A stretch of DNA of 64,000 nt from Prochlorococcaceae cyanobacterium (GCA_040399285.1 JBBASM010000004.1:57757-121756); one strand, 5' to 3'; counted from the stretch's first letter, positions 16,969 through 27,926 are shown. The notes: generated by a model from the sequence alone, not told the origin. Made by a program: numbers and translations.

Positions 16969-17191
16969 TCTGCCCGAACGTCCCGCTGGGATAGGGAGCA
17001 GACAGGCAGGAGCGACTGGAAGAGCTGCACGTTCTGACCAGGACGTGGCCCTGACGAGCGGTCGTGACCACCGGCCCTGGGCGCAAATCAACCCTGTCCA
17101 GCGATGCCGGATCTTAACCCGCGCCATCGGGACTCCCGGCCCTTGTCTGGCCGGCAGAAGCCGGTACCGTCCGGCCAGTCGCTGTTCCGCC

Positions 17192-17656
17192 ATGGCCAGC
17201 AAGCCGCGCACCGCTCAACCCCTCACCCAGGAGGCCGTTGCCCAGGGCAGCCATGACGGCACCACTGTCCCGGCCATGGCCGACTGGCTGGCGGAAGCCA
17301 CAGCCCAGGGCATCAAGCCCGAGCAGGCACTGGCCCTGATCGGCCTGGGGCTGATCCGCAACATCGGCGGAGCGGCCGGCGGTGAATCGGCCTGGATCTG
17401 GTCGGAGGGGGATGACGGCGGCAGCGCCGACCTGCCAGCCCTGCGCCAGCGCCTGGAGCTCACCGACCTGGCCCTGCGCACCGGGGCTCCGCTCAGCACC
17501 GCCGAAGTAACCGTTCTGCTGGGGGCCCGCCCCGGTGGCGCCATGGTGGAACGGGGTGGCCTGCGGGCCCGCCGGATCAGTCGCAATGTGTGGAAACTCA
17601 CCAAGGCGGAGGAGGGTGGGCCGTCGTTCCAGGACGGCTTCCGCCGACGCCTCTGA
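17192..17656 (+). CDS. Hypothetical protein (no recognised domain)
   Basis: The ATG at 17192 (MASKPRTAQPL...) begins a stretch with strongly G/C-biased third positions. The upstream part of track ORF 16895..17656 does not look coding. Confidence 0.6.
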   Translation: MASKPRTAQPLTQEAVAQGSHDGTTVPAMADWLAEATAQGIKPEQALALIGLGLIRNIGGAAGGESAWIWSEGDDGGSADLPALRQRLELTDLALRTGAPLSTAEVTVLLGARPGGAMVERGGLRARRISRNVWKLTKAEEGGPSFQDGFRRRL

Positions 17657-17674
17657 GCCCGGCCGTGCTGGCGG

Positions 17675-18664
<990 letters not shown>

Positions 18665-18752
18665 TCAGCTGCGGCCCAACCTAAGGACCGGCTGGCAAGG
18701 CCGACCAGCGACCGCTCCTGCCGCTCAACAGACAGACATCTCCGTCAGAGGG

Positions 18753-19313
18753 TCAGGGGTTGGGTGCAGGGGTGGGCAGGGACTGGCTGGGATTGCTCTG
18801 ACCGGACTGCACCTGGGGTGAGGACTTCCATACAACCCGCAGGCGATTGGGGGCGATCCACTGGTTCTGCTCACGGATCAGTCGCTGCTCTCCGTCCACA
18901 CCGAACAGGGCATCAAAGCGTTCACGGGCCTTGGCCAGTTTGGCCTGTTCCAGTTGCAACACCGCCGCCAGCTCCCCCTGGCGGTCCATGCGTTCCTGGT
19001 AGGCACCGGCCAGCCGCATCAGGCTCACACCGGCCAGGAGCACGAGGCCGAGCTTCACGGTGAGGGCGATCACGCTGCAATGGAGATCGCGGCGTTCGCT
19101 GGAGAGGCTCACCGCCGCCCCGGCCTCCAGCAGCGTGGCGCGGGGGCCAGGGACAGAGAAGGGATCGGCGCCGGCCGGGGGGGCCGCAGATTGGAGCACG
19201 GATCCGGCCCGTGGGGGTTGGGCACGGGCGGCAGTTCGGGAAGGGGCACGGCCAACCAGACCTACACGGGATCTGGCCGCCGATCTGGCTGATGTCCTGG
19301 AGGATTGCCTCAA
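18753..19313 (-). CDS. Hypothetical membrane-anchored coiled-coil protein
   Basis: One hydrophobic segment (VIALTVKLGLVLLAGVSLMRLAG) is followed by a heptad-like region (QERMDRQGELAAVLQLEQAKLAKARERFDALF). The start codon is uncertain. Confidence 0.45.
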   Translation of the reverse strand: MRQSSRTSARSAARSRVGLVGRAPSRTAARAQPPRAGSVLQSAAPPAGADPFSVPGPRATLLEAGAAVSLSSERRDLHCSVIALTVKLGLVLLAGVSLMRLAGAYQERMDRQGELAAVLQLEQAKLAKARERFDALFGVDGEQRLIREQNQWIAPNRLRVVWKSSPQVQSGQSNPSQSLPTPAPNP

Positions 19314-19453
19314 GGCGACCGCTGCTCAATGATGCCTCGCTTCTAGCGGGAATCCGGTGCGCTGCCAAGGGGGGATGGAGGTCTCGGCAACAGGCCCAGG
19401 CCGGAGTTCGCGGCGGACCGGCGGGTGCTGCAGGCCAGCCAGCCCAGAGCCGA

Positions 19454-19558
19454 TCAGGCCTTGTAGAGGCTGAAGCAGAGGCGCACGGCCAGCACGCCGG
19501 CATGGGCGGCCACCACCAGGGCGATCAGCACCTGGGCCTGGCTGAGGGCGGAAACCAT
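19454..19558 (-). CDS. psaM: Photosystem I reaction centre subunit XII (PsaM)
   Basis: 34-aa ORF MVSALSQAQVLIALVVAAHAGVLAVRLCFSLYKA at the 3' end of track ORF 19454..19903. It matches the PsaM pattern (...Q/TQ-hydrophobic-IAL-V-A...LA-RL...LY-K/R) as I recall it. Confidence 0.7.
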   Translation of the reverse strand: MVSALSQAQVLIALVVAAHAGVLAVRLCFSLYKA

Positions 19559-19641
19559 CGGGAAAACTGGAGGCACGTCGGCACCATTGTTCGGCCTCGG
19601 CTGGCTACGGTCGAGGTTTCTCGCACCTGCTGTCACAGCTC

Positions 19642-20130
19642 TTGACGCCCACCGCCGAGCCGCCGGCCGCCGTGTCGATCTCCCCAGCCCAGATCCAGAC
19701 CCTGGATCTGGGCCCCCTGGAGAGCTGGGCCGCCCTTCCACCGGCCTCCCTGCTCCAGGCCGGTGCCCGGCTGGAGCTGCAGCTCCACTGGCCCCGGGCC
19801 GATGACGACCCGCGCGAGCTCTCGGAAGTGCCGGAGGTGAGACTGTGGAGCCTGCGGGCCGACGCCTGCCACCCCTGGCTGCCGCTGGTGCTGGAGCGGA
19901 CATCCGGCCAGCTCAGCCGCCATGTGGCGATGGTGTTGCCCCACGGCTTCAGCCGCAGTGAAGGCCTGCGCTTTGCCCCCGAGAGCCTGGAGCTCTGGCT
20001 CACCCACCGCCTGTTCCTGCTCGATGACTGGGCCCGGGGGCAAGGCCTGAACTGCCGCCAGACCCTCACCCAGATGGCCGCCGTGCTCGGGCTGGAGGTG
20101 GATACCGCCTTCTGGGACTCCCTCGACTGA
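19642..20130 (+). CDS. Hypothetical protein
   Basis: 162-aa ORF with coding-like composition and no recognised motif. The start is either TTG at 19642 or an in-frame GTG at 19672. Confidence 0.5.
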   Translation: MTPTAEPPAAVSISPAQIQTLDLGPLESWAALPPASLLQAGARLELQLHWPRADDDPRELSEVPEVRLWSLRADACHPWLPLVLERTSGQLSRHVAMVLPHGFSRSEGLRFAPESLELWLTHRLFLLDDWARGQGLNCRQTLTQMAAVLGLEVDTAFWDSLD

Positions 20131-20143
20131 ACGCCCTGGTCCT

Positions 20144-20926
20144 TCAGCCGGCGAGCGCTGCGGGGGCCAGGGCCTGGAGCGCTCGCCGGCCGCTGTCGCA
20201 GGCCACCAGCAGCGTGAGGGCCCGCAGCAACCACACCAGCTGGGCCTCCCCCAGCCGGTGCAGGCGGGCCGCCGCCCAGCGGGCACCCAGCGCCGCCGTT
20301 GCCCCCAGCACCACACCGAGCAGCGGTTCGCCCCGGCCTTCGCCCACGAAGGCGGCACTGGCGGCCCCGGAGGAGGCCAGCACCGCCAGGGTGCTCAGGC
20401 GCACGGCCCGGTGGATGTCCATCGCCAGCCCCTGCACCAGCAGCGGCACCATCAAAAGCCCGCCCCCCACCCCCAGCAGGCCGCTGGTGAGGCCAGCCAC
20501 ACTGCCCACCCCGGCCAGGGCGAGCCAGGACGGGGGGCTGGTCGTGGCAGCAGCCTGCAGCTGGGAGCGGGGCCGGAGCGTGAAGGCCAGCACCCCGTAG
20601 AGCAGTGCTTGCAGCAACAGCAAGGAGCTGCCCGCCAGCAGGCCACCCAGCTGGCTGAAGCCGATCGCGCAGCCGGCAGCGGTGGTGGCCAGCACCAGCC
20701 CCTGGCGGAGGGGCAGGCTGCCATTGCGCAGGTGCACCGCGCTGCCGGCCAGGGTGGTGGGCACGATCGCCAGGGTGCTGGTGGCCAGGGCCTGGTGGGG
20801 CTCCAGTCCGAGCAGCAGCAGCAGCGGCGAGAACACCAGCCCACCGCCGATGCCGAGCAGCCCGGAGAGCACCCCGGCCAACAGCCCCAGCGGTAGAACG
20901 GGGAGCAGTTGGAGCAGGGCAGGCAT
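20144..20926 (-). CDS. TauE/SafE (TSUP) family anion exporter membrane protein
   Basis: Polytopic, with two internally repeated halves each containing the GIGGG / GVGGG motif (LLGIGGGLVFSPLL and LLGVGGGLLMVPLL). Confidence 0.8.
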   Translation of the reverse strand: MPALLQLLPVLPLGLLAGVLSGLLGIGGGLVFSPLLLLLGLEPHQALATSTLAIVPTTLAGSAVHLRNGSLPLRQGLVLATTAAGCAIGFSQLGGLLAGSSLLLLQALLYGVLAFTLRPRSQLQAAATTSPPSWLALAGVGSVAGLTSGLLGVGGGLLMVPLLVQGLAMDIHRAVRLSTLAVLASSGAASAAFVGEGRGEPLLGVVLGATAALGARWAAARLHRLGEAQLVWLLRALTLLVACDSGRRALQALAPAALAG

Positions 20927-20938
20927 CGGGCTGCAGCC

Positions 20939-21733
20939 ATGGATGAGGCCTCAGCATCCCTGAACACGCGCCTGCTGCCCTCCTGCCGACTGGGGGGGGC
21001 GTGGCAGATGGCGATCGACCACTGGCTGCTGGCCCAGGGGCGAGCTGCCCTGCGGCTTTACCAGTGGCAACGACCCACCCTCTCGCTGGGCTTGCACCAA
21101 CGGCGCATTCCCGAGCACTGGCACGCGCTGGCAGCAGCGGGGCGACTGGAGCTGGTGCGCCGCCCCAGCGGCGGTCAGGCCGTGCTGCACGGCGGCGACC
21201 TCACCTACGCCCTGATCTGGCCCCAGCCCCCCGGCGACCGCCAGCGGGCCTACCGCCAGGCCTGCCTCTGGCTGCAGCAGGTGTTCCTGGAGCTGGGCCA
21301 GCCGCTCGCCTTCGGTAACGCCCCCGCCTCCCTCGCCGGCAGCAACTGCTTTGCCAGCAGCACCGCCGCCGACCTGGTCCACGCCGACGGCAGCAAGCGC
21401 ATCGGCAGTGCCCAGTTCTGGCGCGGCGGGCGGCTGCTGCAGCACGGAACGATCCAGCTGGCGGTGGATCGGCAGCTGTGGGGTGAGGTGTTCCGCGGGC
21501 CAGCCCCGGCTCTGGCCCCGCTGCCGGCCCGCGGGGCGGAGCTGGAGCAGCTGCTTCTGGCTTCGGCCGCCGCGTTCCTGCCCCTGCCGCCGTTCCGGCA
21601 GGAGCCCCTGCGGGCCGTGGAACTGGCGGCGATCGCGGCCGGACTGGAGCGCTACCGGCTGGGGGAGGCCGAGAGTTCCCCGGAGGCCACCATGGCCCGC
21701 ACCACCTGGGGCAGGGCCAGCCCCAGGGGATAG
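20939..21733 (+). CDS. Lipoate-protein ligase / octanoyltransferase family protein (BPL_LplA_LipB domain)
   Basis: GGAWQMAIDHWLL, RLYQWQRPTLSLGLHQ, VRRPSGGQAVLHGGDLTYALI and KRIGSAQFWRGGRLLQHGTI match LplA-family catalytic-domain blocks. Confidence 0.75.
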   Translation: MDEASASLNTRLLPSCRLGGAWQMAIDHWLLAQGRAALRLYQWQRPTLSLGLHQRRIPEHWHALAAAGRLELVRRPSGGQAVLHGGDLTYALIWPQPPGDRQRAYRQACLWLQQVFLELGQPLAFGNAPASLAGSNCFASSTAADLVHADGSKRIGSAQFWRGGRLLQHGTIQLAVDRQLWGEVFRGPAPALAPLPARGAELEQLLLASAAAFLPLPPFRQEPLRAVELAAIAAGLERYRLGEAESSPEATMARTTWGRASPRG

Positions 21734-22953
21734 GTGCCCTGGCGACGGGCGGCCTGCAGCAGGGGCTCGGGCAGCTTCACCCCCAGCCGGCCCAGCACCG
21801 CCTCGCCCAGCTCGGGGCGCTCCAGGGTGCCGGAGGGCAGTCCGGCCGGGCTCAGCACCAGCAGCCGTGAGCAGTTGCGCTCCTCCAGTTCCTGCACGGC
21901 CTGCCACAGCGGTGCCTCGGCACTGATGCCAGGCAGGCTGCTCAGGGGTTCGAGGTGATCCGCCACCCGGTCGCTGTCCCAGCGCTGCACCGGCAGCTCC
22001 CGGAGGGTGCGATCGTCAACCACCCCCTGCCAGCGGCCCCGGTCGCACACCAGCAGCCAGTCGGCCGGACCGACGGGACTGGCCTCACTGAGGCGCAGGT
22101 CACTGAGCTGGCGGAGGCTGGCATTGGCCTCCAGCACCCGGAAACGCTTCCGGGCCGCATCCTTCACCTTCAGGCTGGTGAGGACGGTCTGCAGCTGGAG
22201 CATCTGCTGCTGGTTGCGCACGGCCCCCAGGCCGAACCAGCCAAGCAGCATCAGCCAGGCGCCGCCCATGCCGGCGCCCCGCAGCAGCAGCCAGGCCCCC
22301 AGACCGATCGCCGCCAAGGCCAGCAGGCGGCCCGAGGCATTGGCCACCTCCACCCCCCGGCGCTGGCTGCCACTCACCTGCCACACCAGCGCCTTCACGA
22401 TCAGGCCGCCGTCCAGGGGCAGCCCCGGCAGCAGGTTGAACAGAGCCAGCACCAGGTTGAGGGTGCCGAGTTCGGTGACCATCACCCCCAGCCAGGGGGC
22501 GAGATGGGCGGCGGCGTGGCTGCCGGCCAGCAGGGAAAGACCCAGCACCAGGCTCACGGCCGGGCCAGCCGCGGCCACGAGCAGGGAGCCGATGGCCGTG
22601 CTGCATTCCCGCTCCACGCTGGCCACACCGCCCAGCATGAACAAGGTGATGCTCTTCACCTTCACTCCCTGGCTGAGAGCCACCAGGGAGTGACCCAGCT
22701 CGTGCAGCACCACTGAGAGGAACAGCAGCACCGCCGTGACCAGGGCCAGGCCCCAGAGCAGCGGGGTGGCCGTCGCCTGCAGCCCATCGCTGGCCAACTG
22801 GATGCGGTAGTGCTGGTGGAAGGCCATCGTGGCCAGGCCCAGGATCAGGAACCAGCTGGGGTGAATGCGCAGCGGGATCCCCCTGATCTTCAGCAGTTGC
22901 CAACCCTCGCCCACTGGCCGATCTCCCGGTTCAGCCGGCGGTGCGGCCCTCAT
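21652..22953 (-). CDS. Site-2 protease family (M50) zinc metalloprotease with a C-terminal CBS pair
   Basis: HELGH motif (VVLHELGHSLVA), LPGLPLDGG motif (NLLPGLPLDGGLIV), then CBS-like repeats. The ATG at 22953 is preferred over the track start at 23076. Confidence 0.8.
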   Translation of the reverse strand: MRAAPPAEPGDRPVGEGWQLLKIRGIPLRIHPSWFLILGLATMAFHQHYRIQLASDGLQATATPLLWGLALVTAVLLFLSVVLHELGHSLVALSQGVKVKSITLFMLGGVASVERECSTAIGSLLVAAAGPAVSLVLGLSLLAGSHAAAHLAPWLGVMVTELGTLNLVLALFNLLPGLPLDGGLIVKALVWQVSGSQRRGVEVANASGRLLALAAIGLGAWLLLRGAGMGGAWLMLLGWFGLGAVRNQQQMLQLQTVLTSLKVKDAARKRFRVLEANASLRQLSDLRLSEASPVGPADWLLVCDRGRWQGVVDDRTLRELPVQRWDSDRVADHLEPLSSLPGISAEAPLWQAVQELEERNCSRLLVLSPAGLPSGTLERPELGEAVLGRLGVKLPEPLLQAARRQGTYPLGLALPQVVRAMVASGELSASPSR

Positions 22954-22993
22954 TTCCCGGATCCTAGAAACCCCTCCGTCGCGCCGATCAGCC

Positions 22994-23647
22994 GTGTCTG
23001 CACCCTTGCTGAAGATCTGCGGGTTGCGCCAGCCCGCCCAGGCGGCGGCCATCGCCGGCCTGGGCGTGGACGCCATCGGCGTGATCGCCGTGGCGGACTC
23101 CCCCCGCTGGCTGGCCCCTGCCCAGCGGCCTGGCCTGTTCGCGGCGGTGCGGGCGGCCTCGCCCAGCTGCCTGGGCGTTCTGGTGTGCGCCGATCCCGGC
23201 GACCACGAGCTGGCACCGCTGGAGCCCAGCCAGGGCCACGGGGTGATTCAGCTGCATGGCCAGGAGAGCCCGGAGCGCTGCCTGGAGCTGCGGCAACGTT
23301 TCGGTTGCGCGGTGTGGAAGGCGATCCGGCTGCGCCAGCCCGCCGACCGATCCCGGGTGGATGCCTACGCCGGCGCGGTGGATGCCGTGCTGCTCGACGC
23401 CTGGGTGCCGGACCAGCTGGGGGGCACGGGCCATCGCATCCCGCTGGAATGGCTGCAGGACTGGCAGCCGGCCCTGCCCTGGTGGCTGGCGGGCGGAATC
23501 ACGGCCAGCCGGGCGGCCGCAGTGCTGGGGCAGCTCAGCCCCACCGGCCTGGATGCTTCCAGCGGCGTGGAACGGGCGCCGGGAGACAAGGACCTGGACC
23601 AGGTGCGAGCCCTGCTGGAGGCTGTGCGCACCAGTGAACGCGCCTAG
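22994..23647 (+). CDS. trpF: N-(5'-phosphoribosyl)anthranilate isomerase
   Basis: LLKICGLRQPAQAAAIAGLGVDAIGVI... and LLDAWVPDQLGGTGHRIPLEW...WWLAGGI are TrpF blocks. I chose the in-frame GTG at 22994 because the ATG at 22865 would overlap the divergent protease gene by about 90 nt. Confidence 0.8.
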   Translation: MSAPLLKICGLRQPAQAAAIAGLGVDAIGVIAVADSPRWLAPAQRPGLFAAVRAASPSCLGVLVCADPGDHELAPLEPSQGHGVIQLHGQESPERCLELRQRFGCAVWKAIRLRQPADRSRVDAYAGAVDAVLLDAWVPDQLGGTGHRIPLEWLQDWQPALPWWLAGGITASRAAAVLGQLSPTGLDASSGVERAPGDKDLDQVRALLEAVRTSERA

Positions 23648-23674
23648 GTTGGCCAGCACAAGAGCTCTCCAGCC

Positions 23675-24181
23675 ATGCCGATCCCCCGCCTGCTGCCCCT
23701 GGTGCTCGCCAGTGTGCTGGGGATGCTGCCGCTGGCAGCCCGGGGCCAGGACCTGGTGGGCTGTTCCCTAGTGGACGGGCAACTGTCCTGTGTGCCGGGA
23801 GTGAGCGCCGATCCCCAGGCCCAGATCCGGGCTCTGCGCGGCCAGATCAGCGCCACCCTGGCGCAGGAGTCGGCCGTGCAACAGCAGATCGCAGGCCTGC
23901 AGAACCTGGTGCTGAGCGGCGAAGCCCTGGAAGGCAGCCTGCTGCAGGCGAGGCTGGACGCCGATCTGCTCGCCAGCCTGCCGCCCACGGCCTTTCACTG
24001 GTACCGGCTCAGCCCTGGCGGTTCCCACTGGATCTGGATCAGCTCGGCCCAGGGGCCCAGCTACCGACTCAGCGCTGCCGATCTGGGCAGCCAGGTGATG
24101 CTGGTGGTGGTGAGCGGGGCAGCATCGCCGCCGCAGCGGCAGGCCACTCCCCCGGTGGGCCCGGTGCGACCGGGCACCTGA
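23675..24181 (+). CDS. Secreted hypothetical protein
   Basis: Signal peptide MPIPRLLPLVLASVLGMLPLAARG/QD, then a Gln-rich coiled-coil-like segment. No recognised domain. Confidence 0.5.
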   Translation: MPIPRLLPLVLASVLGMLPLAARGQDLVGCSLVDGQLSCVPGVSADPQAQIRALRGQISATLAQESAVQQQIAGLQNLVLSGEALEGSLLQARLDADLLASLPPTAFHWYRLSPGGSHWIWISSAQGPSYRLSAADLGSQVMLVVVSGAASPPQRQATPPVGPVRPGT

Positions 24182-24221
24182 ATGGCCCAGCGGAGCCAAA
24201 CAACCTGGCCGCTGACGCGAT

Positions 24222-24977
24222 TCAGGTGGACAGCATCGACTCCTGCTGCTTCACCAGCTCGAAGAACTCAGCCTTCAGGCTGGCGTCCTTGCGGAAGGCA
24301 CCCCGCACAACCGAGTTCACCATGCTGGTCTGCGGTTCCTTCACGCCGCGCCACTTCATGCAGTAGTGCTGGGCTTTGACGAGCACGGCCAGACCTTCGG
24401 GCTCGCAGAGCCGCTCGATTTCATCGGCCAGGATCATCACCGCCTCTTCCTGGATGTGGGGCCGGGAGAACACCCAGTCAGCCACCCGGGAGAACTTGGA
24501 GAGGCCAATCACCCGTTGACCAGGCTTGATCCCGATCCAGCAGTTGCCCAGAATCGGCACCAGGTGGTGAGAGCAGGCGGAACGCACGGAAATCGGGCCC
24601 ACCGTGTAGATCTCATCCAATTGCTTCACGTTGGGGAAGCTGGCGATCTTGGGCTGGTGGTGATAGCGGCCCTTGAACACTTCGTGGAGGTACATGCGGG
24701 CGACACGCTCGGCCGTCTCCTCAGTGTTGTGGTCGTTATCGATGTCAATCACCAGGCTCCGCAGGAGCTCCCGCACCTTGCCGGCAACCTCGATCTCCAA
24801 CTGCTCGAGTTCACCCTCAAGCAGCTGTTCGGCGATGTTGTCATTGGCGAAATAGGGAACACCGGCCTCGTCGAGGCGCTGGCGAATCCGCAGGCTCACG
24901 GGCAGGGGTCCGGCTTCGGGGGCGATGGCAGCGGAACCGCTGGCAGGGGTGAAGCCGGAAGACAGAGTGGAGGTCAT
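24222..24977 (-). CDS. folE: GTP cyclohydrolase I
   Basis: NTEETAERVARMYLHEVF, SACSHHLVPILG and VLVKAQHYCMKWRGV are FolE signatures. Confidence 0.9.
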   Translation of the reverse strand: MTSTLSSGFTPASGSAAIAPEAGPLPVSLRIRQRLDEAGVPYFANDNIAEQLLEGELEQLEIEVAGKVRELLRSLVIDIDNDHNTEETAERVARMYLHEVFKGRYHHQPKIASFPNVKQLDEIYTVGPISVRSACSHHLVPILGNCWIGIKPGQRVIGLSKFSRVADWVFSRPHIQEEAVMILADEIERLCEPEGLAVLVKAQHYCMKWRGVKEPQTSMVNSVVRGAFRKDASLKAEFFELVKQQESMLST

Positions 24978-24985
24978 GGAGAGGC

Positions 24986-25696
24986 TCAGAGCGCGCCAGC
25001 GGCGGGCATGAGGGTGAGATCTTCCACCACCTGAGTGGCGGGCTGTTGGGCCAGGTACAGCAGGGCATCGGCGGCCCGCCCAGGGGAAAGCATGGCACGC
25101 CGATCGAATGAACTGGCGACCGTTTCGCTATCCCAGAGGGGCGTATTTACCGCACCGAGGGTCAGCGTGCTGACGCGGATCCCATGGGCGCGCTCCTCCA
25201 CCGCCAGGCAGCGGCTGAGCGAGGCCAGGGCGGCCTTGCTCACGCAGTAGGCCCCCCAGTCGGGGAAGGCCTGATGGGCGGCGTGGCTGCTCACGTTGAT
25301 GATGTGTCCTCCGCCATGGGCGCGCAGCCGGGGCAGCAGGACCTGGCAGAGCTGGAACACCGCTGTGACGTTGAGCTGGAGCAGCGCCTGCCAGTGGTGC
25401 AGAGGCATCTCGGCCAGGCTGCCGGTGTAGGCCATGCCGGCGTTGTTGATCAGCACATCGGGAGCTGGTGTCCGTTCAGCCAGGGCGTCGAGGGCCGGTG
25501 CAATGGCCCCGGGATCCCCAAGGTCGAGGTGTTGCTGCTCCACGGCATGGCCATCGGCCTTCAGCTCGTGGACGAGCTGGTCAAAACCGGCGGAGGGACG
25601 GGCCAGCAGCTGCAGGTCATAGCCGGCGGAGGCGAAGCGGCGGGCTGCCGCCGCACCGATGCCGCGCGATGCACCAGTGATCAGGACAGAAGGCAA
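24986..25696 (-). CDS. Short-chain dehydrogenase/reductase (SDR) family oxidoreductase
   Basis: VLITGASRGIG (TGxxxGxG), NNAG, and the catalytic YCVSKAA (YxxxK). TTG start. Confidence 0.8.
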   Translation of the reverse strand: MPSVLITGASRGIGAAAARRFASAGYDLQLLARPSAGFDQLVHELKADGHAVEQQHLDLGDPGAIAPALDALAERTPAPDVLINNAGMAYTGSLAEMPLHHWQALLQLNVTAVFQLCQVLLPRLRAHGGGHIINVSSHAAHQAFPDWGAYCVSKAALASLSRCLAVEERAHGIRVSTLTLGAVNTPLWDSETVASSFDRRAMLSPGRAADALLYLAQQPATQVVEDLTLMPAAGAL

Positions 25697-25753
25697 GCGA
25701 ACGCGGGCAGAACGGCTGGGTCAGCATCCGCAGACAACTGATCCCGACAGACC

Positions 25754-26743
25754 TTAAGCAGTCTGAACCATCTCTGGGGACGCCCCTTCCAGAAAGCGCC
25801 CCATGCGCCGGAATTTCGCGTAGCGCTGCTCCTTCAGCTGCTCGGGACTGAGCTGCTCGAGCAGGTCCAGCTGCTCCAGCAACGCTCCCTTGAGGGTTTC
25901 GGCGGCCTGCAGCGGCGCCCAGTGATTGCCGCCCGAGGGTTCGGGCAGAACCGCGTCCACCAGGTCCAGCTGGAGCAGATCCGCGCCGGTGATCTTGAGG
26001 GCCTCTGCCGCCACCGGCGCCTTGGCCGCATCCCGCCAGAGGATGGAGGCACAGGCTTCAGGGCTGGCCACGGTGTAGACGCTGTGCTCGAACATCAGCA
26101 GCCGGTCTGCCACACCGATCCCCAGCGCCCCGCCGGAGCCGCCCTCGCCGATCACGGTGGCCAGGATGGGTACCCGCAGGCGAAACATCTCCCGCAGGTT
26201 CACGGCGATCGCCTCCCCCTGTCCCTGCTCCTCGGCCAGCACCCCGGCGTAGGCGCCAGGGGTGTCGATGAAACTCAGGATGGGCAGCCGGAAGCGATCG
26301 GCATGGTCCATCAGACGCATGGCCTTGCGGTAACCGCCGGGGGAGGCCATGCCGAAGTTGCGGGCCACATTCTCCTTGGTATCCCGCCCCTTCTGGTGAC
26401 CGATCAGCATCACCCCCCGGTCGCCGATCCGGCCGATTCCCCCCACCAGCGCCTGGTCATCCGAGCCGCAGCGGTCGCCATGCAGCTCGATGAAGCCATC
26501 ACAGATCACCTGGATGTAGTCGAGGGTGCTGGGCCGCTGGGGGTGGCGGGCCACCTGGATCTTCTGGGCAGGGGTGAGGGCCGCGAAGATCTCGTGCCTG
26601 CGCCGGGTGGCGAGGGTTTCCAGCTGCAGCAGCTGCTGGCTCACATCCACCTCGGAATCGCGGGCCAGCTGGCGGATCTGCTCGATCTGCTCCTCCAGCT
26701 CCACCAGAGGCTTCTCGAAGTCCAGCAGGGCGCGACGGGCCAT
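25754..26743 (-). CDS. accA: Acetyl-CoA carboxylase carboxyltransferase alpha subunit
   Basis: [42 protein letters not shown] and [15 protein letters not shown]. Confidence 0.92.
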   Translation of the reverse strand: MARRALLDFEKPLVELEEQIEQIRQLARDSEVDVSQQLLQLETLATRRRHEIFAALTPAQKIQVARHPQRPSTLDYIQVICDGFIELHGDRCGSDDQALVGGIGRIGDRGVMLIGHQKGRDTKENVARNFGMASPGGYRKAMRLMDHADRFRLPILSFIDTPGAYAGVLAEEQGQGEAIAVNLREMFRLRVPILATVIGEGGSGGALGIGVADRLLMFEHSVYTVASPEACASILWRDAAKAPVAAEALKITGADLLQLDLVDAVLPEPSGGNHWAPLQAAETLKGALLEQLDLLEQLSPEQLKEQRYAKFRRMGRFLEGASPEMVQTA

Positions 26744-26787
26744 GGCGGGGTGGGGCGTGGGGGAGGGGGACGGGATGGCCGGCGGGA

Positions 26788-27837
26788 TCAGGCCGTGGCC
26801 AGGCTGGGCTCGGGCAGGGAAGCGGGGTCGAGCTCCAGGGCCCGGAAGCCATGGCGCAGGGAGGCTGCGCCGATCAGGTCCATGGCCTGCAGGCTGATGT
26901 TGTTGCGGCCCCAGCTGAAGTTGGTGTGGATGTCCTCAAAGTCAAGCAACATCGCCTCAGCGAAACAGGCAAACATCTGGCGCTGGGGTTTGGCCATTTC
27001 GGCCACCTCCATCATCTGCCAGCCGATGTCCTGCCAGAACTCCACGATGCCGCCCTTGAGCACATGCACGTCGGGGGCCGCGGCCTTGCTGTCCAGATTC
27101 TTGGGATAGCCGCCGTCGATCATCAGGCAGGGACGACACAGGCTGGCGGTATCGATCTGCAGGCTCTGGGGCAGGCTGGCCACCCACACCACCACATCGG
27201 CCTGGGGCAGGGCTTCATCCAGGGCCAGGATGGTTCCTTCACCCAGGCTCTGCTGCAGATCAATCAGGGGTTGGGGCCTGCGGGCCACCAGCAGCAGTTC
27301 GCCCACCCCGCGGCGTTGCAGCCAGCGGCACACGGCACTGCCGATGTCGCCACTGGCCCCAACCACCGCAACCCTGGCCTGGGAGAGATCGATGCCCAGT
27401 CGGGGGGCACTGGTCTCCACCTGCTGACAGATCACCCAGGCCGTGTGGGTGTTGCCGGTGGTGAAACGCCCCCAGTCGAGCTCCACCGCACTCACCCGCT
27501 CCTCCCGCAGGAGGTTCATGTCCTCGAAGATGATGGAGGTGAAGCCACCGAGGGCCGTGATGTTGATGCCGGTCTTCTGGGCCAGCTCCATGGCTTTGAG
27601 CACCTTGCGCTTGGCCGTTTTGAAGCGGCGCAGCATCTCCGGCACGAACACCGAATCGATGTAGGCACCTTCAATCGTCTTGCCGGTGAGACCGGTGACC
27701 GAAATCCGTTCCACCAGCTGGGGCGGAGCGGCACACCACATATCAAGGTCGCCGTCGGCGAAGTCGTCGTAGCCGAGCGAACGGGCCTTGACCCGGGCCC
27801 CCTCAAAACTGGTGGAGTGACCGATCAGGCCAAACAT
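26788..27837 (-). CDS. aar: Long-chain acyl-ACP reductase (alkane biosynthesis)
   Basis: [15 protein letters not shown]..., [43 protein letters not shown] and [13 protein letters not shown]. It lies directly downstream of ado. Confidence 0.9.
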   Translation of the reverse strand: MFGLIGHSTSFEGARVKARSLGYDDFADGDLDMWCAAPPQLVERISVTGLTGKTIEGAYIDSVFVPEMLRRFKTAKRKVLKAMELAQKTGINITALGGFTSIIFEDMNLLREERVSAVELDWGRFTTGNTHTAWVICQQVETSAPRLGIDLSQARVAVVGASGDIGSAVCRWLQRRGVGELLLVARRPQPLIDLQQSLGEGTILALDEALPQADVVVWVASLPQSLQIDTASLCRPCLMIDGGYPKNLDSKAAAPDVHVLKGGIVEFWQDIGWQMMEVAEMAKPQRQMFACFAEAMLLDFEDIHTNFSWGRNNISLQAMDLIGAASLRHGFRALELDPASLPEPSLATA

Positions 27838-27926
27838 GGGCACACCCGGGGAATGTGGCCGACGCTACATCCTGCCATGGGTGGCCGGCCGGGATCCCCG
27901 CTGGGCGGGAGAGAACGGGAAACCGC

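Noticed and set aside
16895-17191. N-terminal 99 codons of track ORF 16895..17656
   Set aside because: The translation (NGSGASGWLRRGKLQWMGWMGWMRLPERPAG...) spans the tandem repeat and G-rich spacer and lacks the third-position G/C bias of real genes here. A coding signal starts at the ATG at 17192.
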